Made by a program: the position numbers and the translations under genes
Notes under the pieces: model-generated
What the model saw: the letters and a program-made list of their open reading frames with translations, nothing else
What the model was told of the DNA's origin: nothing
Database searches by the model: none
Part shown: positions 60,415-64,000 of the stretch, piece by piece
Position numbering within the stretch: the first letter of the stretch is position 1
How the letters are laid out: each line of letters begins with the position of its first letter
NCBI GenBank assembly: GCA_945905715.1
Contig: CAMDPW010000001.1
Location: 17,221-81,220 of the forward strand
From: Rickettsia typhi
GTDB taxonomy: Bacteria > Pseudomonadota > Alphaproteobacteria > Rickettsiales > JABSSG01
Direction: 5' to 3'
DNA length: 64,000 nucleotides

Positions 60415-61502
60415 TTTATTGGTTGTTTACTTCATCTGATGGATTAATGCCTTACATCAATATTTTTAGGTATATCACTTTTAGAAGTGGGAGCGCGGCA
60501 TTAACCGCGCTTTCACTAAGTATGTTTTTTGGACCAATAATTATCAACAAACTTAAGCAAATTCAACCAGCTGGCCAGCCAATACGAGAAGATGGACCGC
60601 AAAGTCACTTACGGAGCAAGAAAGGTACTCCAACTATGGGTGGATTAATTATTTTAATGGCAGTGCTTGTATCAACTTTGCTATGGTCTGATTTATCAAA
60701 TTCTTATGTTTGGATTGTATTATTTGTTACAGTGAGTTTTAGTGTTCTTGGTTTTTGTGATGATTATTTAAAAGTAAGCAAACGTAATACAAAAGGCATA
60801 AGAGGCAAAATGAAATTAGCTGTACAAGTTTTGATCAGTATTGTTGCATGTGTCTTTATCCAGAAGTATAGTTCTCTCAGTCATTATAGTCACATCGCGT
60901 TGCCATTCTTTAAGAGTATTCTTATTGATTTAGGGCCTGCTTACTTAGTTTTTGCAGCAGTAGTAATTGTTGGGTCTTCAAATGCAGTGAACTTAACAGA
61001 TGGTTTAGATGGACTAGCGATTGGGCCTATAGCAATTGCTACAGGATGCTTTGCAATTATTTGTTATTTAGTTGGTAACTCTATTTTCTCATCTTACCTA
61101 CAAATTCATTACGTAATCGGAGTTAGTGAGCTTACAGTTTTTTGCTCATCTTTGGTAGGTGCTAGCTTAGGTTTTTTATGGTATAATGCTCCTCCTGCTA
61201 AAATTTTTATGGGAGATACAGGTAGTCTAGCTCTAGGTGGCTCTTTAGGTACTATGAGCGTAATTACTAAGCATGAATTTGTTCTAGCCATAGTTGGTGG
61301 TCTGTTTGTAATTGAGGCATTATCAGTCATTCTGCAGGTTTATTATTATAAATTTACTGGCGGTAAAAGGATTTTTCTAATGGCACCAATTCATCATCAC
61401 TTTGAAAAAAAGGGATGGACAGAGCCAACGATTGTGATTAGGTTCTGGATTATTGCCATAGTTTTTGCACTGTTGGGATTGTCTACATTGAAATTAAGGT
61501 AA
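60411..61502 (+). CDS. mraY: Phospho-N-acetylmuramoyl-pentapeptide transferase
   Basis: It carries [33 protein letters not shown] and APIHHHFE. An ATGA overlap couples it to murF. Confidence 0.95.
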   Translation: MIYWLFTSSDGLMPYINIFRYITFRSGSAALTALSLSMFFGPIIINKLKQIQPAGQPIREDGPQSHLRSKKGTPTMGGLIILMAVLVSTLLWSDLSNSYVWIVLFVTVSFSVLGFCDDYLKVSKRNTKGIRGKMKLAVQVLISIVACVFIQKYSSLSHYSHIALPFFKSILIDLGPAYLVFAAVVIVGSSNAVNLTDGLDGLAIGPIAIATGCFAIICYLVGNSIFSSYLQIHYVIGVSELTVFCSSLVGASLGFLWYNAPPAKIFMGDTGSLALGGSLGTMSVITKHEFVLAIVGGLFVIEALSVILQVYYYKFTGGKRIFLMAPIHHHFEKKGWTEPTIVIRFWIIAIVFALLGLSTLKLR

Positions 61503-61505
61503 ATT

Positions 61506-62168
61506 ATGTTTGGTAATAATCCAAAAAGATCTCCGGTGATTGGTCTAACTGATATATTGCAGGTGCAATCAATTTTTTCTACCTTTCAAGGAGAAGGGCC
61601 TTTTGTAGGTGAGCCTGCAGTTTTCCTAAGATTAGGAGGGTGCAATTTAGCTTGTAAATTTTGCGATACTGAATTTGAATCCTTTCAAAGCAAGCGCACC
61701 GAGCAGATAATGAAAGAAATAAGTAATTTTGCAAAAAATACTAGAAAATTAGTGGTTATTACTGGAGGAGAGCCATTTATTCAGCCGATTGAAGCTATAT
61801 GTGAGCAATTGATTATGGAAGATTATACAGTGCAAATAGAAACAAACGGTACTTTATTTCGTAATATACACATAGAAGTGCATATAGTATGCTCGCCTAA
61901 AAATATTGGTAATGGTTATACGAGATTACGAGCAGATCTTCTTGCTAGACTAACCGCACTTAAATTTGTTGTGTCTAAAAGCTTTAAAAATTACCAAGAC
62001 GTAGCCGAAGTGGGACAGAGTGATTATAATGTTCCAGTTTACGTACAGCCAATGGATGAATATAATGAGCAGAAAAATAAAGATAATTTGAAACATGCTC
62101 TTTATATTGCAAATAAATACGGTTATAGATTATCATTGCAAACACATAAAATTTTGGATATTGAGTAA
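61506..62168 (+). CDS. queE: 7-carboxy-7-deazaguanine synthase (radical SAM)
   Basis: It carries [29 protein letters not shown] and ITGGEP. Confidence 0.85.
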   Translation: MFGNNPKRSPVIGLTDILQVQSIFSTFQGEGPFVGEPAVFLRLGGCNLACKFCDTEFESFQSKRTEQIMKEISNFAKNTRKLVVITGGEPFIQPIEAICEQLIMEDYTVQIETNGTLFRNIHIEVHIVCSPKNIGNGYTRLRADLLARLTALKFVVSKSFKNYQDVAEVGQSDYNVPVYVQPMDEYNEQKNKDNLKHALYIANKYGYRLSLQTHKILDIE

Positions 62169-62172
62169 TATT

Positions 62173-62859
62173 ATGGTGCAAAGCAAAGCAATTATCTTAT
62201 TTAGTGGCGGTATTGATTCTAGCACTACTTTGGCTATGGCTAAGAGTTTTGGTCACGAGATATATGCTTTGAGTTTTAATTACGGTCAAAGACACAAAAT
62301 AGAACTAGATAGAGCCAAGCAAATCTCTTCAATCATAGGAGTACAGGCTCATAAAATTATTGATATTGATTTGAGATTTTTTGGTAACTCAGCTTTAACT
62401 GATGATATAAAAGTGCCAAAAGATCAGCATGGTAAGTCCATAGTTGCGCCCATTACCTACGTTCCTGCCCGCAACACTATTTTCTTGAGTTATGCATTGG
62501 CGTGGGCAGAAGTAATAAAGGCAAGTGATATATTTATTGGTGCGAATATAATAGATTATAGTAATTATCCAGATTGTAGACCTGAGTATATTGCATCATT
62601 TGAAAAAATGGCAAACCTAGCAACGGTTGCAGGAGTATCTGGTAAGACAATAAAAATTCATGCACCTTTATTACTTATGAGCAAAGAAAACATTATTAGA
62701 AAAGGGATTGAGCTTGGTGTTAACTACTACCATACTTTAAGTTGTTATGATCCTACTGAAGATGGGCAAAGTTGTGGTCATTGCGATTCATGCATTATCA
62801 GGTTAAATGCATTTGATAATATAGGTATGAAGGATCCAATAGACTATGCAACTCATTAA
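62173..62859 (+). CDS. queC: 7-cyano-7-deazaguanine synthase
   Basis: It has the PP-loop [13 protein letters not shown] and the C-terminal zinc cysteines [18 protein letters not shown] chose the ATG at 62173 over the track start at 62095. Confidence 0.9.
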   Translation: MVQSKAIILFSGGIDSSTTLAMAKSFGHEIYALSFNYGQRHKIELDRAKQISSIIGVQAHKIIDIDLRFFGNSALTDDIKVPKDQHGKSIVAPITYVPARNTIFLSYALAWAEVIKASDIFIGANIIDYSNYPDCRPEYIASFEKMANLATVAGVSGKTIKIHAPLLLMSKENIIRKGIELGVNYYHTLSCYDPTEDGQSCGHCDSCIIRLNAFDNIGMKDPIDYATH

Positions 62860-63406
62860 TGTTCATTCAATTTTTAGCAAGTTCCCAGTTCTGGCTCTTG
62901 GTAAGGTTAATTTAAGACAACTTACCAAAGATGACACCAAAGATTTTTATAGCTACATATCTCAAGATGGAGTAAAAAAATATTTATCCGATCAAGAGAC
63001 GCCACGGGACTTAATAAGTGCTGAGGTAGAATTGATGTACTGGGCAGGTTTATTTCGTCAAATGCGTAGCATTTATTGGGGTATAGTTACAAAGGATACA
63101 AATCGATTAATCGGTACTTGTGGTTATAATAATTGGAGCAGAATTCATAATAGAGTTGAACTTAGTTACGATTTGAATTGTAATTACTGGGGACGAGGTA
63201 TTATGACTGAAGCTGTTAGTGCAATTACTAGATTTGCTTTTGAGGAGCTGCAAGCTAGCAGAATACAAGCAACAGTAGTGTTTGATAACATCTCCTCAAT
63301 GAGAGTTCTTGAGAAAGCTGGATATTTATGTGAGGGTAAATTACGTAATTACAATGTATTGCATAACAAAACAGTAGATGCTCTCATGTATGCGATAGCA
63401 AAATAA
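62846..63406 (+). CDS. GNAT-family N-acetyltransferase (RimJ/RimL-like)
   Basis: It carries [18 protein letters not shown], the acetyl-CoA pocket motif. It also has ...[13 protein letters not shown]. Confidence 0.8.
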   Translation: MQLINVHSIFSKFPVLALGKVNLRQLTKDDTKDFYSYISQDGVKKYLSDQETPRDLISAEVELMYWAGLFRQMRSIYWGIVTKDTNRLIGTCGYNNWSRIHNRVELSYDLNCNYWGRGIMTEAVSAITRFAFEELQASRIQATVVFDNISSMRVLEKAGYLCEGKLRNYNVLHNKTVDALMYAIAK

Positions 63407-63417
63407 GGTGATTTTTT

Positions 63418-63813
63418 ATGCATAATTTACTAACCAGTTTAATCACAGTTACTGCTACACCAACTTACCAAGGGGAAAGTACTGGTTTTGATGACGTGTA
63501 TTCCATTTGGAGCTATAATGTTGTAATTAAAAATTATAGTTCTAGCTCAATTAGAATACTTAGTCGTTATTGGAAAATTATTGATTCGCATGGCTTGATT
63601 CAAGAAATCACAGGAAAAGGCGTGATTGGTCAAAAGCCAATTATTCATCCTGGTAGCATATTTGAATACACTTCATTTACTAATCTTAGAGCAAGTTCTG
63701 GAGTGATGATCGGCAAGTACTATGCCGTAGAAGTTCAATCTGGAAAAAAAATAGAAATTAGTATACCTGCTTTTTCGTTAGATAATCCAGAAGAAAAAAC
63801 ATTGCTAAATTAG
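63418..63813 (+). CDS. apaG: ApaG (DUF525) protein
   Basis: It carries WSYNVVIKNYSSSSIRILSRYWKIIDSHG...GKGVIGQKPIIHPGSIFEYTS. Confidence 0.85.
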   Translation: MHNLLTSLITVTATPTYQGESTGFDDVYSIWSYNVVIKNYSSSSIRILSRYWKIIDSHGLIQEITGKGVIGQKPIIHPGSIFEYTSFTNLRASSGVMIGKYYAVEVQSGKKIEISIPAFSLDNPEEKTLLN

Positions 63814-63822
63814 ATAGTAGTA

Positions 63823-64000
63823 ATGGAATTAACCGGCTTTTATACATATTTATTTTTTGACAGTATTCTAACTTCTTTAATATTCTTGCCTAATAACGGT
63901 CTTGCTTACATAGTGATGAGTGTATTTGGATATTGTGATCAGCTGTATATGATTATTATTGCTATTGTTGGTAATGCAATAGGATCTGGACTTAATTATT
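63823..64000 (+). CDS. YqaA/DedA-like membrane protein (N-terminal fragment, runs off the window end)
   Basis: It is open at the window edge. The translation is MELTGFYTYLFFDSILTSLIFLPNNGLAYIVMSVFGYCDQLYMIIIAIVGNAIGSGLNY. That matches the SNARE-associated/YqaA pattern (...P.P.E......GN.LG...NY). Confidence 0.55.
   Translation, partial: MELTGFYTYLFFDSILTSLIFLPNNGLAYIVMSVFGYCDQLYMIIIAIVGNAIGSGLNY

Overview
The window is a dense, AT-rich stretch of chromosome (roughly one-third G+C by eye, not computed). It looks like a reduced alphaproteobacterial genome of the Rickettsiales or Holosporales type. Supporting signs are split F1 (atpHAGDC) and F0 (atpI-B-E-b'-b) operons, ubiE-ubiB, rpoH, the NDUFAF7/MidA and M16 'mitochondrial-type' genes, and cytochrome bd (cydABX) as the only oxidase seen. 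I support about 65 CDS and 3 tRNAs: Thr-GGT, Leu-TAA and a CAT tRNA that is probably Ile2. I support no rRNA, no CRISPR array, no intact IS element or prophage, and no tandem repeat arrays. Three genes are missing from or mis-started in the ORF track: an edge-truncated rmuC (1-1049, minus), a 42-aa cydX (26682-26810) and a 37-aa basic ORF (41459-41572). Gene decay is concentrated at 41.7-46.3 kb around tRNA-Thr and tRNA-Leu, with an msrA remnant, a Fic-like remnant and a 235-aa ORFan. I cannot point to a clear-cut novel multi-gene system. The two best candidates for new biology follow. (1) A Cache/HAMP hybrid histidine kinase is followed by an orphan 551-aa protein whose C-terminal half resembles the NAD-binding domain of amino-acid dehydrogenases (36129-40229). 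(2) A stand-alone 12-TM protein has a partial heme-copper-oxidase subunit-I histidine pattern and its stop overlaps the folE start (52121-53467). All family assignments come from motif recognition by eye, with no database search.
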